Shown here piece after piece: positions 47,916 through 62,239 of a stretch of DNA of 64,000 bases; the first letter of the stretch is position 1; every line of letters begins with the position of its first letter. Source of the stretch: Podarcis bocagei (taxonomy: Eukaryota). Below the pieces are notes generated by a model. It made no database searches, was not told the origin of the DNA, and was given only the letters and a program-made list of their open reading frames with translations. Position numbers and translations under genes: made by a program. Location: NCBI GenBank assembly GCA_964188305.1, contig OZ076885.1; one strand, 5' to 3'.

Positions 47916-50611
47916 ATCTTGCTGTTTTACTTGTGGTGAAAAATAACGCCAATGATTGTTGACCACAAGGATGGATTGTGGGTCAACACTTCCTCCAAGG
48001 TTTGTGACTCAGATGACCGCTTCACCAGGAGTAAAATGGCAACCTGGATTGTATCAACTTACTTCCTGGCATGCCAAGAGGTTTTGGGTGACTCATGTCT
48101 CCGAATTTCACAGAATTGGCAAAGCACAGCCAAACAACATCGCCATTCCCTAACCACTTGTGGGATTTAAGCCTACTGAGCACACGGCAAGGGATCAATC
48201 TTTGCAGCCTACCAAAATGAACTCTGGCGGTGCATTAGGCCCAGCCCTCATTGGCTGGCATGTTTGCTTGCTATTCTGCTTTGCCTGCCACCTGACTCTT
48301 CCAAGCCTTCACAGCTTCGTATATAACCCACCAAGCTGAACATAGCCTACTAGCTGTGCATAGTGGGCCAGGGGGGATTTGAAAAACCTTCTAGTTTTGT
48401 TGCCTGACAGTAACTGCAGGAAGAGATGAATTGCCAAGCACCTGGCTGGCTACAACACACAGCGGGTGGGCTCTGTTTGGCTTGGGGCATCACTTCACCT
48501 AGCCTATTGCTCCTGCTCCAGGTTGTACCCTGGCAAGAGCAGTCAAGATAAGTTGTAGCAGGCATTTTGCTTAATCACTCGAATGAAATGGACCATTAGC
48601 TAGTTTTGCATTGCCTTGTATCTGCTTGCCAAAAAACACCTATAGCCACCATCACTTTGTAACCTAATCTATGCATTTTTCGAAGCTGAAATAAATGGCT
48701 TTGGTGATGATGATGTGGAATTACAGCAGAAGTTTCCCAGAAATTTGTCTTGGGAGCAGTTTGAGTAAAGAATAATCAAGTCAAACTGTGCTAATAGCAT
48801 GGCTTTTTTTTTGTCTCATACAGATAATTTACTCTCAGTTGAAGGGGAAAGTGCATTAGAGTTAAGACCATCAAACTCATTCCACCTTTGTTATATTTAA
48901 ACTAATTAGTTGCAGAGATGAAACACATATTTCTAAGATTCCAGATAATCTTAAACAAAACACTCCATGCTAATTTTTATTCCACTCCTATCTGTGCACA
49001 GATTAAACAAAGCCCACAGTTAGTTTCGTCTGCCATTCTTTTAAGAGAAATTAAAGCCTGCTGCAGAAAATAAGGGAGGAGGAGATCAAATCTAGTGGCA
49101 AGGTTCGCTGGGCTATGCCTTTGCTCATCGTTAGTTTATCTGCCGCAAATGAGCACATATAAAACAGTCCACCTACTGTTCTAGTTGCTACGATATAATG
49201 CAGTTCCACTGAATGATCCTGTTAACCTAACCTTCAATTTGCTGGGATTTGAACTCTGAATTACAGCTTACTAACATAGTTTAACAGCTGGTACAAGGGC
49301 TTCTTTTGAATTTTTAATCACATGAATTAAAGATTGCTAGAGATGCTTTTTCAGGCCTCGACTAGCAGTGATCCAGCGTGCAGAAAAGACAAGTATAGGT
49401 AGCCCCGAGAGAATTAAGAGCACAAAAGGTACTGTGGCTCGCGAAGCCCTGCACTTGGCAAATTAGGAATCGGGAGTGCAAATTATTCATAAGAAAATAA
49501 GTGTGTTGCAGGTTCAGTAGGACCGGGAGACATTATGGCGAAAGACAGTAAAAAAAGACATACAATCTGAAAAAGGGAGTTTAAAACAAATTCATTTGGC
49601 ACTGCAGCTTTAATGCATTATTAGCGCGATGCTTTCCTTTTCGACACATGCCCATTCAATAATTCTCATAATCTATAGCTGTTTACGCTTGGTGCATGGA
49701 ATGTTTTGAAGTTCAGGAAAGCTGTCCATATTTTGCTGCAAGGACTTTCAGCTTAGTAATTTTTACAGCTTGCGAGATGTATATCTCTTGGATCTTTTGG
49801 TTCTCCAATGATTTATTACACACCCCCCCAATACACCACATCACTGCAGCCACATAGAGGGCCAAGCATAAAACTGTAACCACAAGTGGAAAGTGTCTCC
49901 ACTTATCCATGCTGACCAAAAAAAAAAAAACCAAAACTTGGGAAGAGGGGTTAGAAATATGCTCAATGCTACTCCTGGCTGCTACCCTGAAGCACAGCAC
50001 AATAAAGTTGACAGGGATGTTTAAACAAAGCAAAAAAAAGGGAGAGGGAGGGAGGGAGGGAGGGGGGAGAGAGAAAATAGGGCAGCAGGAAGCAGAAAGC
50101 ATGTTGCTTCTTAATTATGCTGTGTTCTCTCTCTAATGGATTGCCCTCCCCAAACACTCCAAGTACAGCAACTGGCGTGTGGCATCTTCGGCTGACAGAG
50201 AAGGGAGAGAGAGAGAGAGAGAGAGAGAGGAGGCAAGTGTGCAGCTGTTCATCCTGACACACAGGTGTTTGATTTTTGGACTCGTTAGCTAGACAGATTT
50301 TTTAGGAGCGTACAGGGGAATCAGCCGCAGTCATTGCATGGAAAGTGAGTTGTCCAAATCCACTGGAGATAATTATTAGGTAACTCCCATTGCCAGATTC
50401 AAAGCTTTGCATCAGATCCGTGCCTGACTTTTCTTTTTGCCAGCTCTGAAGCGCTACCTTGCTTCTGGTCCAACTCATTCCCCCTCCCCCTCCCATGTAA
50501 ATAGTGTGTGTTGGGGGGGGGGAGAAAATGTTAATAGCAAACCATTATCAGAAGGTGTGTGAGGGGAGGCTGAGGTGGAAGGAAGCCAAGGTGAAGAGCT
50601 GATCAAAAGTG

Positions 50612-50840
50612 GCTGTTTATTTATTGCATCCATATCCTACCTTTTTCTCCAAGGAGGTAAGGGTGGTCTTTGTGGTTGCCCCTGTATTTAATCCCCACAA
50701 CGACCTTGTGATGTAGGTCAGGCAAAGAGGCAGTGACTTGCCCAAGGTCACCCGGTGAGCTTCATGACCATGCGGGGATTTGAACTCTGGTCTCCCACGT
50801 CGTAGTCTGACACTCTAACCATACAGCACACTGGCTCTCT
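50612..50840 (-). mobile_element. Old MIR/CORE-like tRNA SINE
   Basis: GTGACTTGCCCAAGGTCAC core; GATTTGAAC reverse B-box; ACTCTAACCA...CACTGGCTCTC head. Confidence 0.7.
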
Positions 50841-52557
50841 TATTATGACACTAGGAACTGATTTTCAAGGGAAGGATTCATTCATTCATTTATTTCATTT
50901 CATGAAAATTATCTACTGCTTGATTGTAGAAAAAGAAACCATAGTGGTTTACAAAAAGGTTGAGGATAGACTGACTTAAGACAACGTGTGATTCCGTCAG
51001 ACAATGCGGACCTCATTTTCTAAGGTTGTGCAGGGGGCAGCATGCTCCAATAGGTGGCTTGCTTGCCTATTGATGCAATATAACCCCAACGTCATGAGCA
51101 TTTAGGTGCGAATTTCTCCCAATATACACAATCTTACAATGAATTTCTGATATACAGCATTTTTGTACACTGCTTTCACTACTGCATACATTATTTTGCA
51201 TGCTTCATTTTAGTATCTGCATGTTTGTACACATTCTTTGGGGTTTTTTTATAGGATAATTGTGTTTTGCTTTGTGTGTTGGTTCAAGAAGAAGACAGTT
51301 TCTCATTAAAATGTAAACAAGACTGAGCTTCTCCTTGAAGCCTAGTGCCCATATGACCTATGTGCTGTCTGCTATCCTGCTAACAGTTGATAGGCAACTT
51401 CAGGGGGTCTGACTGACCTTATTTGTTATCTGTAAACTAGACTTGGACTGGGCAGCCCTTTGCAAAACAGGAGGCAGTCCATGGCTGCAGCCTCCTTTTC
51501 CCAGCTTGTCAGTTGTCCCCTGATAATCAGTGTGGTCAACTCTTTCCTCCCTGCAACTCCAAGGAATGCCACACCACAATGCTATTAATTGTTTTCCTAA
51601 GCTTAATAGCCAGGATGGGTTTTTAAAAATCAGGATGGGGTAGATGAATTTAGCCTCACCTCTCTCCATGGTCACTCCTGTGCAGTACAGCAGGGGGATG
51701 GAAGCTGTCATCCTGACCACTTTCCTCACTGCTCAGCTCACAAAGAATCAGACAATGGGCTGCATTCAGCCTGTAGGCAATGGTTTGCTCACCTCTGAAT
51801 TGAGATAGAAATCAAGGACCCTTTTCTTGAAGAGTGAGCACATTGCCTGGAGATTGTGCAAATCGCCCAGAGAATGTGCAGGCCACAGTTGAGATATGCA
51901 CATTCCTCAAGGCCTTCTGGAGATAACACATGGCAATCAGGAAATGTGAACAATTCCCTCTTCACAGATAGAGTATGAGCACATTATCCATGAGCTATGG
52001 TGAACGTGCACTGACAGTTAGAATATTAGGGCTCTGCATGAAGCATCTGTCCCAGATTTGGTCCTGCATCCAACTTGGGGACAGGAGGATTCAATCCTGC
52101 AGGGTGCTTCTCCTTCACAAGTGCCTTCTATGCAAGGAAGACCCTTGTGAAGGAGCAGTTAAACAAGCTGGTAAGCAGAGGATTCCATCCTGCATGGTGG
52201 AAAAGGCATTAGGTGGGAAGGAGGAGAGGTCAGGTGAGGAAGCCAGCTTTGCATCCAAAGGCTTCCAAGCTCACAGTCCCTCCTCCAAAGACATCCATCC
52301 CTACCTTCTCACAGGAAGACATGGTCACATAGGCACCTCCCACTCTCCTATGCTGTTTCACAGTTTCTCCTTCTTGTTGCCTGCCACCTAACTCTCCTCC
52401 ATGCCTGACACATAGACATCCCTGGATTTCCCCTGATCACAAGGTGATCTGAGGCTGCCTCAACCTGACTCAAGGGATCCCCCCACTAATCAGCTCAATT
52501 TCAGTTCAGGTCTCAGCCAAATCTGGTGCAAGACCTCCTCTTTTAAACAAGCAAAAT

Positions 52558-52979
52558 TAGGGCTGCCATACGTTCAGATTTTCCTGGACTGTACCAAGAT
52601 TTCAAAGGTGGAATTGACACCCAGGGGAAATTTTCAAAAGGCGGAGCTTTGCCCTGGATCTTAGGCAAGTCCATCAAAAATTTGTGGTTTTTGTCTACAA
52701 AAAGCTCAACATTTTTGGTGGTTTCTTAAAAAATAGCTCAACAATTTTGGGGTCTTCCCAAAATTTAGTACTACCATTGCTGACCATCACCTGTCATATT
52801 CACCTGGGCATTTAAAAAAAAAACACGTATAAAGTACTAGGAAAATCCTCTGCCAGCCCTCATTAACTTTCAAATTTTGCCTCCATTAAAGGACCCTTTT
52901 CCAGTAGCTGAGCTAGGATAGCTCAGTAGGTAGAGAATGAGGTGTCCTGGTTTTTACGTTTTGAAATATGGCAACCCTA
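52558..52979. mobile_element. hAT (Blackjack-like) MITE, degraded
   Basis: TIR TAGGGCTGCCATA / TATGGCAACCCTA; TSD only approximate. Confidence 0.6.
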
Positions 52980-55900
52980 GCAAATAAAACCAATGTGCCT
53001 TCCCTGTTCTCCTATAGCATTTCCTCTCAAATCAAACAGAAAAATGTGAAAGACCTTTCTCTAACCTCTGGCAGCAGTGATGTCAGACTACAACTCCCAT
53101 CATCTGTAGCCAGCACAGCCAGCAATGGGTGTTGTAGCCTAACAATATCTAGAGGGCCACAGATCTGTCAACCCTACCGCAGGAGGTTAGATGCTGCAAA
53201 TGTGAATGGCATAGCTGACAAATACATCAATATTATTATAATTATTTAGCTGTGAGTCTGATAACCATCACTGGTTTGAGTCCTATAGAGCAAAACATGA
53301 TGCCAATTCAAAGCTGAGTAGTCCTCCAAGGAAATGAATGCTTGACTATGATTTGAGGGAAGGGGAGGGGGAGATTCTATTAATTTCAGCTCTACTAGGA
53401 AATCAAACCATTTTTCTTTCACCTCTATTCACAGCCATGCCAGTTCCAAATCCTTCAGTCACATCTGTTGCCTTAACATCACAGCAGCTTTCTTTGCAGT
53501 GCTTGCTAACCTTTAGATTTCCTGCTGCCTGAATGATCACTTTCCAGCTTGTGGTACATCACGCTACTGCCGAGTGAATGGTGCTAAGTGCTCCAGTTTG
53601 GCACTGAGTCACTCATTTACCTGGGCTCACTTGCTGGCAGGATGAGCCTTTCTCTGCAGCTCTAATGCTCACTTCCTTCGGTGAACTTGCAGCGAGGCTG
53701 CACGTACCTTATTACAAAAGCATCCAGCCACCGGGAAACGGGAAGAACTCAATTCTCTCTCTCTCTCTCTTACAAAGATGGGGCAATTGCAGCAGGGAAA
53801 GCAAGCAAGGGGACTTTGCAGGAACACAGCGTAACAAACAGCACCACAGCTTTTATTGCAAAATTATCAAGCCACAGCACTTATAAGACAAGTTAGAGAA
53901 ACACGCAGCATCAGTGTTTCACTTTGCAATAAGAGGATAGAACGTGGAATGTGGTTAAGCCTTCAGAGATCTGCATACATTTGAACAGGGACAGCCTGGG
54001 AGGAATCGGCCAGTCTACATTTTAAAGCGCACCAACTTCATGTGCCAGGCATGAACGTAAACGCAGGTCATGAACACAGCTACAAATCAGGTGATGCCTT
54101 TCTTCACATTTTGTGAAGCAGCATTAGTTCCTTCATTCATATCATTTCATTTATATGCCACTTTTCCACAAAACAGTCATGTTCAAAGTAACTTACAACA
54201 AGGAAACACCGTTGCATTTCAAGCAAACACTATGAAACAATTTCATAATAACATAGCAAAACAGTAACATAGTTAAAATTCCATAGTAACCTAGGAAAAC
54301 AAAAATATAACAACATACAGAAACCACATTTCAATACTATAAATATAGCAAGATTCCTTAAACAGCACGCAACATCCAATAGCTAAAATAACAAGGGAGA
54401 ATAACTGTTTCACCTAGAACCCAATCCTAGAAACACCCCTCCCAGAATGGTTCAAAAACCAGTACACAAAAATGTCATGCTTAGTAGGCACTGTAAGAAA
54501 AGGAAAACAGCCTAACAATTTTTGAGGGGCAGCTTTGGAACCTTTTTAATTAGCTATACCACCAGCATGGATGCAGGCTAGCCATGGTCAGTTACACAGA
54601 GATGTTCTGGGCTGATAGCCTAAGCAAAGCATGACAACAAACCTATTGGTTTGCATATATAGAACTTGTAGTAATTCTTGGACTTCTGTGCCACGAATTC
54701 TTGCATCTTTGTTTCCTTGTTTTGTTACATGTGTTTGAAAACATAAAAATAGAGCTTTAAAAATGCATCCTATGGGAGAAAAAGGGGTGTGTGCCTGAAA
54801 AAACAACCCCATATGAAAGCATATTGGAGAAGCTTTGCAGATTTTATTTTCAAGTAAAATAGTTTAGGATCTAGTTTGTGTGGGGCTTCAGACAGTGTGA
54901 CACTGATGATGACAGGAATTGATAAAATAATAGTCAGTCTCCCCCGCCTTCTGATGGTACACAAGATGAGGAAGGGGGGAAGGACAGCTTTATGTTGCAG
55001 TTTTTACTTTTGCAGAAGTAAAAGGGAACCATGAAGTGAGTCAATCCCAAAGAGGGAAGAGTGCAGATGAGTTGCAATCAGTCCTTGCATATCATGACAT
55101 CCTTTGCTACGGGTGCTCTTGTGTCCTATTTTGCAAAAGAAAGAAAGCTGTTTCCCTGAACAAGTCAATTAAAATACCACAAAAAATATGTGTGTTGTTT
55201 AGATACTGGGTTACAAGAGAGGCGGTTGGGCTTGTGCTCTACCCATCATTGATGTGGGCACTAATTGTTCAGTGGGGCACTAATTGTTCATGTGGGGCTG
55301 CTTTTCAAGCATACCTCCACCTCTTCCCAAGCACATTTACTGGAAAGTGCATTCTAAAGAGTGACAGAACCCCTGCTCATATTACAGTGTAGACAGTGAT
55401 CACTGATTCCTAGTCTAGCCTCAGTCTCATGCATAATAGCAGCAGTTGCTTTGCAAAGCAACAAAACCTTAAAGGGAAAACAATGTTGTTTTGTTTATAG
55501 ACCACACTGTGTCTGGGCATATTATTTCATTTTGTCTTTTCTTCAAGGAAACAATAAGCTGTTCAAAGTACCAAAGCTCTATCCTCTGGCAATCTCATCA
55601 GCATCTTCCTGGTTTCAGATTAGGCTTTGCACAAATATTTGCGAGCATATCTTCATATCTTTAGGGACTAGAAACTTCTTCTTTTTTTGTAAAACCACCA
55701 CCATCAAGGCAATGCAACATTTAATGATTTCAGACTGCACACGGCTTCCGATATAACCCACTATACTTAATTTGTCATATAAAGTTTCAAACAGGCCAAG
55801 GAATAGATGATAGGTGTATTCTATTATTTTTAAACAGAAAGAAATGAGTGCATTCTATTATTTTCAAACAGAGGGGAAAAAATGTAAGTTACCCCGATGC

Positions 55901-57470
55901 ATCAGGCTATTTACAAGACTGGGAAGCCTATGGGAAACATGTAAGCAGTAGAGCATAAAAGTTATAACATACTCTGACATTCAGATATAGACTTCCCCTG
56001 GATTTGGAAGTTCCATCATGTTTCATGGCATATTGATAGACCTGGCCTTATTATATAGAATAGGTACATACTTATTATTTTGTTTGGCAAAGGTATAAAT
56101 AAATGAAAATATATATTCTTATCCTTAAAAACAACAACACAGCAGCAAAACGTCCTCATCTAAGCTAGATGGGGAAATGTGGCCCTCCAGGGGTGAGTGC
56201 AATACATCTCCTATTATCTCTCACCGCAAGCCGTAACCTTACAGTTATTATGGGAGAGGGAAATAAAACTGTGTCTCTCAACTCTCCCATCCCCTTTGAA
56301 AATGCAGATCCCTTTTTCAAAAGGGAAAATATTAAGTTGGTAACGGAGCTGAGTGTCAGCCCAAAACATTTGCATCATACCTTCACCTGCATAATTGCCT
56401 GCAAGAGTCCTGAAGTAACAGAAGGAGCTAAGGTTTTGCATTATAACTGATCAATGGCAAGTTGGAAATACAGAAGAACTGCAAAATTTAATAGGACATC
56501 CCCACGGTAAGTCAAAGGATGAAAAGAGAATCGAGGGAAGAACAACAGCCATGGGAGCACACTGAAAAATCCAAAAACATCTCTTTGGAAGTAAGTACTT
56601 AGTGCTTGCATAAACATAGAAGAGAGATTCCAAGAAAACAGATCCTTATCCTTACCAGCTTCCAAAGCTACTCACTTATAGCTTCCAGAGCACTCTTGTT
56701 CACAGCTGCAACAATGATTCATCTTCTCTCCACTTCCAGCCAGTAAGAACATAGCAGGCACCTGGTGCTCTAAATAATCCATGAGAAATATGCCCAGTGA
56801 TCATTAACTCGTGATTTTCCTGTAGAAAGCAAATGTACTCCATTAGAACTGTTGTTTTTTAAAAAGGGATGCAGGGAGAGGTTTAAGACCCCCAGGAAAC
56901 CTTTGTACTGTTGACAGCTGCTTGACAGACTAAATCCAACAGGTGCTTACTTCCTCAGAAGAAGAGGTTGCAACAGGGGAATCTTTACCTGTTGGATTTC
57001 TCCTCTTATCCAGCTGTTAAAGGCATGGAGCCTGTGTCAGCAGCGCCGTCACAAAGCTTGTTTGTAGCATGGTATTTGTACAGCAGAGCCTGCTTAAACT
57101 GTTCCACATTTGTGCAAGTACTGTTCATGTCCATAAAATATGGCAGCCTGGGGTACCATATTATGCTGATTAAAGTGAATTATCTCAGTGTTGATTTGCA
57201 AGTCAAAGCAAACAAAAGCTGTTGCATGAGAAGGAGAAGAAAATAATCAAACTGCCCCAAATGTTCAGAGAAAGGCTATTTCATCTAGAGAGCTGTGGGC
57301 TGAAAATATGATGTGGAGCAACATTTAGCAGAAAACCAATTTTCAAAATGTAAAGAGCTTGGCCTATAATACAAGCAATTGTGGGAAAGAGATGGTGGCG
57401 GAAAGTGTGGCATTGGGCTGATACAGTAGGCTACTTGTTCATCCTCAATAGTATCTCATAATGCTATCTC

Positions 57471-57855
57471 TGTCATATGACAAAGGTATTTGAGAGCATA
57501 AGCCGTAAAGGAAGCGGTAAAGGAGTCTAGAAATGTTGTGAACTGCTGAAAAGCTGCAGAATCATGTAGCATGCTGAATTGTAACATGCTGAATACAGAG
57601 AATTACTCATTCTCTGTATAAGTATTGTATCTGCTTGCAGGCAGACTCAGTGGCTCAGTGACTCATTGTCTGTGTGAGTGGTGGAGCCTGTGCTCTGTGA
57701 AGCCTGTGCTCAGTGGAAACTCTGTGTATGCTCTGAAGCTAGTTTAATCTTCTGTTCACTATGCTGTTATTTGCAAACAAGTTTATTTTATCTCAGTAAA
57801 GCTTTTATTCTTTTACTGAGGAAGACTCTGCAGTATTAATTTACACTGCGCGTCA
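57471..57855 (+). mobile_element. Solo LTR, second family (copy C)
   Basis: TGTCATATGACAAAGG...ACTGCGCGTCA; TSD ATCTC/ACCTC. Confidence 0.85.
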
Positions 57856-58191
57856 ACCTCATCTTTTTATTATCCATTATAAAAGAGAAGGATTGAATAA
57901 TAATATTATTATTCAGTAATAATGTTGAATAATAATAATTACAAAATCAAGCCTGCCCTACTTACATGCCTTCAACAGCAGCTTGAGTTGCAGAAATCAG
58001 AAGGTGAAGCTTTTCCCAGCATAGAGGTACAATTCCAGATAAAGCTGGGAAAGACTCCTGTCCAAAACTCTGCTGGCAATTCTGAGCTACATGAGTCACA
58101 TGTTTGACTGTATATAAGGCCACTTCCTTGGATTCTGAAAAAAAAAACATGGCAACTCTACTCTAGAATGCACTGTAGATAATAACCTTTA

Positions 58192-58552
58192 TGGTGTCCC
58201 AACTAAAGAAGATTGGCAAGTTAAACCAATGGAATATGCTGACAATGAAACTAAGAAGAAGAGATGACAACAAATTTAAAGAAGAATGGAAGACATTTAT
58301 TGCATATGTACAGAAGCATTGTACACATGTTAATACATTAGCAGGGTTTTAAAATTACTTGTAATTTTGTTATGGATGGATAATAAGTAATTTAAATACG
58401 TTTAAAACTGAACAATGGACACACAGTATATTGATAAATAATGGAACCAAGGAAGGGACTAGAGGGAAGTCAATTTTTTGTATTGTTATTGTTTTTATTA
58501 TTTCCTGTTATCTTTGGAAAATTAATAAATTGTTATCAAAAAAGAGAGATAA
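58192..58552 (+). mobile_element. 5'-truncated L1-like LINE 3' end
   Basis: KFKEEWKTFIAYVQK C-terminus, AT-rich UTR, AATAAA and A-rich tail; 15-bp TSD AGATAATAACCTTTA/AGATAATGACCTTTA. Confidence 0.72.
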
Positions 58553-60878
58553 AGATAATGACCTTTACTATGCATAGGGGCCTTCAGCAACCTCTATAAT
58601 GTAATCCTATACAGAAATAAGTCCCACTGACTTCAGTGGGTCTCTCTCCCAGGTAACCGTGGCACAAGATTGCCTATTAATTTGTTGTTATTGTTTATAA
58701 AAAAATCTACATAAAAATATAGGAAATGAGTCACTTGGCCCATGCAGGTCAATATTGTCAGCACAGCCTGGTAGCAGCTCTGCAGAGTTTCAGATAGGGG
58801 ACATTTGCATCCAGGGGACATAGACATCCCTTGGAGGTGCCAGTGGTTGAAACTGGGACCTTGGGCAGATGCTGTGCCACTGAGCTGCCTTGGAGGGCAG
58901 TGCCCGTCCATGCTAGCATACAACAATTTTAAAAGAACAAACACACAAAGAGGAGAAACAAACAAGACAAAAACAAATACAGTACCATCAAATCCACCCA
59001 GAAGTAAAAGCCAATGAGATGTGCTCAGCCATTGAATTAAAGCTTTTCCCATAGCAACTGTAGTGACAGTCCGGCCAATAGCCTAGCAGTCAAAAATAAG
59101 CCACCTGGAATATATATGCCTTTAAAACCTTCCAAAATGCTTGAAGCATAGTAACCTACCATTGATCAACTGGCAGGGAGTTAACGAAACCATGGGGCCA
59201 CCACAGAGAAGACCCTTTGGCCACCAACCTCACTGATCTAGGTAGCAGGCAGGACACAGAAAGAGGGTCTCCGCTGGAAATCTCTGTATGCAAGCAGTGC
59301 AACAAATAGCTTTATCCCAAATATTTTAAGATTAAAACAAGCACTTGAAATTAGGCTTGGAAACTCAATAAAAAGTTTTGGGCACAGCAGTGTAAAACAC
59401 TAAAAGGGAGAAGCTGACTGGTTTTCCACCAACAAAGGAAAAGGATCGTGCCTGTGCGCTTTGATTCATATATCTTGTGCTGCAGATATTAAAAGCTTAT
59501 TCATAAATGAAAGCTGAGAATTGGAGGGTTATGCTTCATGCAGGGGGAGGTCCTGACAGCTGCATTTTGAGCCAGATAAATCTTCTAAAATGTCTTTAAA
59601 TGCAACACCCCACAGAGCACATTGCAGTAGTCAGGTCTGGATTTCAGCCCTGCTTTTGTTAAGGCAGCTAGATGCTAATAGGTTCCTGCACCTTTAATAG
59701 TTGTGTAGAAGAGAGTATTTCAGAATGTGTAGCTGGGACACGTATTTGGTCATATTTTATGCGTCTTTTGCAAATGGTGGCCCTTTGTTGTGCTATTCTT
59801 GAAACCAACACCTGCCTTTCCCTTTCTCTTATTAGGCACCTGCTATTAGGGGTGGCTAAGAAGAGAAACGGAGAATGGCTGAGATAAATTTGAGTGAAAT
59901 TCTCCTGCCAGATTCCTTAGAAACCAAAATACATTTGACAGGAAAGCCCATGAATCTCTCCTCACTTTTCTGCTTCTCCCTCCATCCTCTTCCCCACTTT
60001 GCCTGACAGCCTTTACTAACCTGCAGAGCGGAGGTAGACTTGTCAAGCTTTCAAAATGTGGAATACTGAAAAGGTCAGAGTAGTATAGTATGACAGAACA
60101 TGTAAGTCATTAGAATTCTGATACCTCATTTGTAATGAGAAAGAGGGTGAGAGCAAACGGCTGTAAAACACTCTCTAAAACCTCGGGAAAACTTGATAGT
60201 TCTGTCGAGAGCAAAGTTCTCATCCCTGCCTATAAGGGCAAAGAGGATCTCTGCACTTCTTCTTCAAATGGGATGCGAAACTCGGAGGGTGTAATAATAG
60301 TAAGTATAATAATTAATGTAGTTTTTTGTCAACTGCTGTTGTTTTTTAACGGAACAAAGGGTATATGTCTTGGGTTGGGAGAAAGTGAAATGAATTGGAA
60401 GGTCAGGGGAAATGGGAGTGTGCTCATGTCATTTTCCTTTGATGTAGTTGTTGGCGTTAAACTCACATATAATGGCTTGCATGTAATCATCAGCAGGAAT
60501 CAAGTGATGTTTCCTACATGTTCTGGCAACTCCTCGAAAAGCCAGAATGAAGGAGATGGGTTTTCAGTGCTTATCTTCAAATGTAATGTGTGAAGAAGAG
60601 GAATGACACAGGGCAGGGGTGGTTAGTGGATAGGAAGAAAAAGAGAAATGTTTACTGTGTTCTGGAACATAAGAGGACACAAGCTTCCATTTCACTGTAA
60701 CTGAGCGAGCTCCCTCTAACATTTGCTATTTTGCTTCCTGCCTAAAGGGTAGAAAACTGGTTGGTATGGGGTTTCCTAGTCAATAAGGTTGTCATTTCAT
60801 ACAGTAAAAATCCTGGGAGCTTTTTTGAGTGGGGATTATTTAAGCCTTTCCCTCTGCTTTTTTCATCACATTTCCATA

Positions 60879-61120
60879 CAGTGGTACCTCAGGTTACATA
60901 AGCTTCAGGTTACATACGCTTCAGGTTACAGACTCTGCTAACCCAGAAATAGTGCTTCAGATTAAGAACTTTGCTTCAGGATGTGAACAGAAATCGTGCT
61001 CTGGCGGCACAGCAGCAGCAGGAGGCCCCATTAGCTAAAGTGGTGCTTCAGGTTAAGAACAGTTTCAGGTTAAGAACGGGCCTCCGGAACGAATTAAGTA
61101 CTTAACCCGAGGTACCACTA
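60879..61120. mobile_element. Tc1/mariner (Tigger-like) MITE, reverse orientation to 35306-35547
   Basis: TIR CAGTGGTACCTCAGGTTA / TAACCCGAGGTACCACTA; TA TSD. Confidence 0.9.
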
Positions 61121-61299
61121 TACTTACCTTTTGTCTGGCCCTTGTATGGATGAATGAGTCTGTCAATTTCATTTCCTCTGTTTTCCATTTTTTTCCAGCC
61201 CTAAGATCACTTCTTCACATCTCTATATCAACAGGCATTTTTAAAAGAAAGTTGTGTGCTGAGGCCTTCTGACCCCATTGCTCCCTAATTATGAAATAT

Positions 61300-61800
61300 C
61301 CAGACAAGAAGGACAGCAAATATATAGTTTGGTTTCAATTAGGCCACAACTTTATAGATTAAAAATGTTTGGCTTAGGCATTGGGTAAGTCTGTCTGCTG
61401 GGGCGCATCTAATGGTAAACCACCAGTAGGGGGAGCCCTAATGACCTACATCAAATAAGGCTACCACCGAGGGGTTCCCATTGGAGGAGTGCTATGGCCC
61501 CTAACCCCACCTTGGCGTTTGGACAGAAGCATATCCTCCTGGATCAATTTACCAGGATACCCTTAACCAAGGAGGGGCAGACAGAGGCCACAACCTCCCC
61601 ACTTACCCAATGCCTAACCACACAGTTATGTGTTTAGTTGTGGTGATTGCTATAAGGTAGATGAAAACCAAATGGCTGGTGCCAGTTTGCCAAGTGGAAA
61701 AAATTCTTACCCAGACCCAAATATGGCAACCAACAAGGTACGTAACAAGATCTCATCTGCTAGCAAGCAACCTATGTAAAACAGGGAGGAGGCCTAGGAA
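61300..61800 (-). mobile_element. Diverged relative of the 9711-10530 structured repeat (boundaries approximate)
   Basis: Same ordered motifs: GGCCACAACTTTAT, TGGCTTAGGCATTGG, CACCAGTAGG, GGACAGAA, CCAATGCCTAACCA, AGTTGTG..GATTGCTA..AGGTAG, TGGAAAAA..TT..TACC. Confidence 0.6.
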
Positions 61801-62239
61801 TGAGGCCTGGCTAGACCTCAATTTATCCGCCCTGGGAGTGAACCCAAGTGATGCTTATTGTTCAGTTGGGTCTACCCCCTTGGGAATTCCAGCCCCTTGG
61901 CTAATCTGTGGGCAAGCTGGAATCCACCCAGGCAACGTTCCCAGGTCACAGACATGGAAAGTAAGTAGATGTCTAAAAAATAAAATAATAATCATCAGCA
62001 TTTTAATGTGTATTTTTCCCATTGTGTTTTTACTATTGTATGCAATTTTGCCTAATGTACATATTTTTGCAAGCAATCATTCCCAATATAATGCATTTTT
62101 GTATACCATTTTCACTAATAAGTTCATTTTATGCTCACTTTTCCCTAATGTGCACATTTTTGTTGGGGAAATGCACTGCAAGATCCAGAGAAGTGTAAAT
62201 TTCAAAAGTGTGAAGGCAGGGGGCATCTCATTCTATGTA

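Noticed and set aside
60135-60593. 152-aa plus-strand ORF
   Set aside because: No recognisable motif or splice context; the antisense frames checked contain stops.
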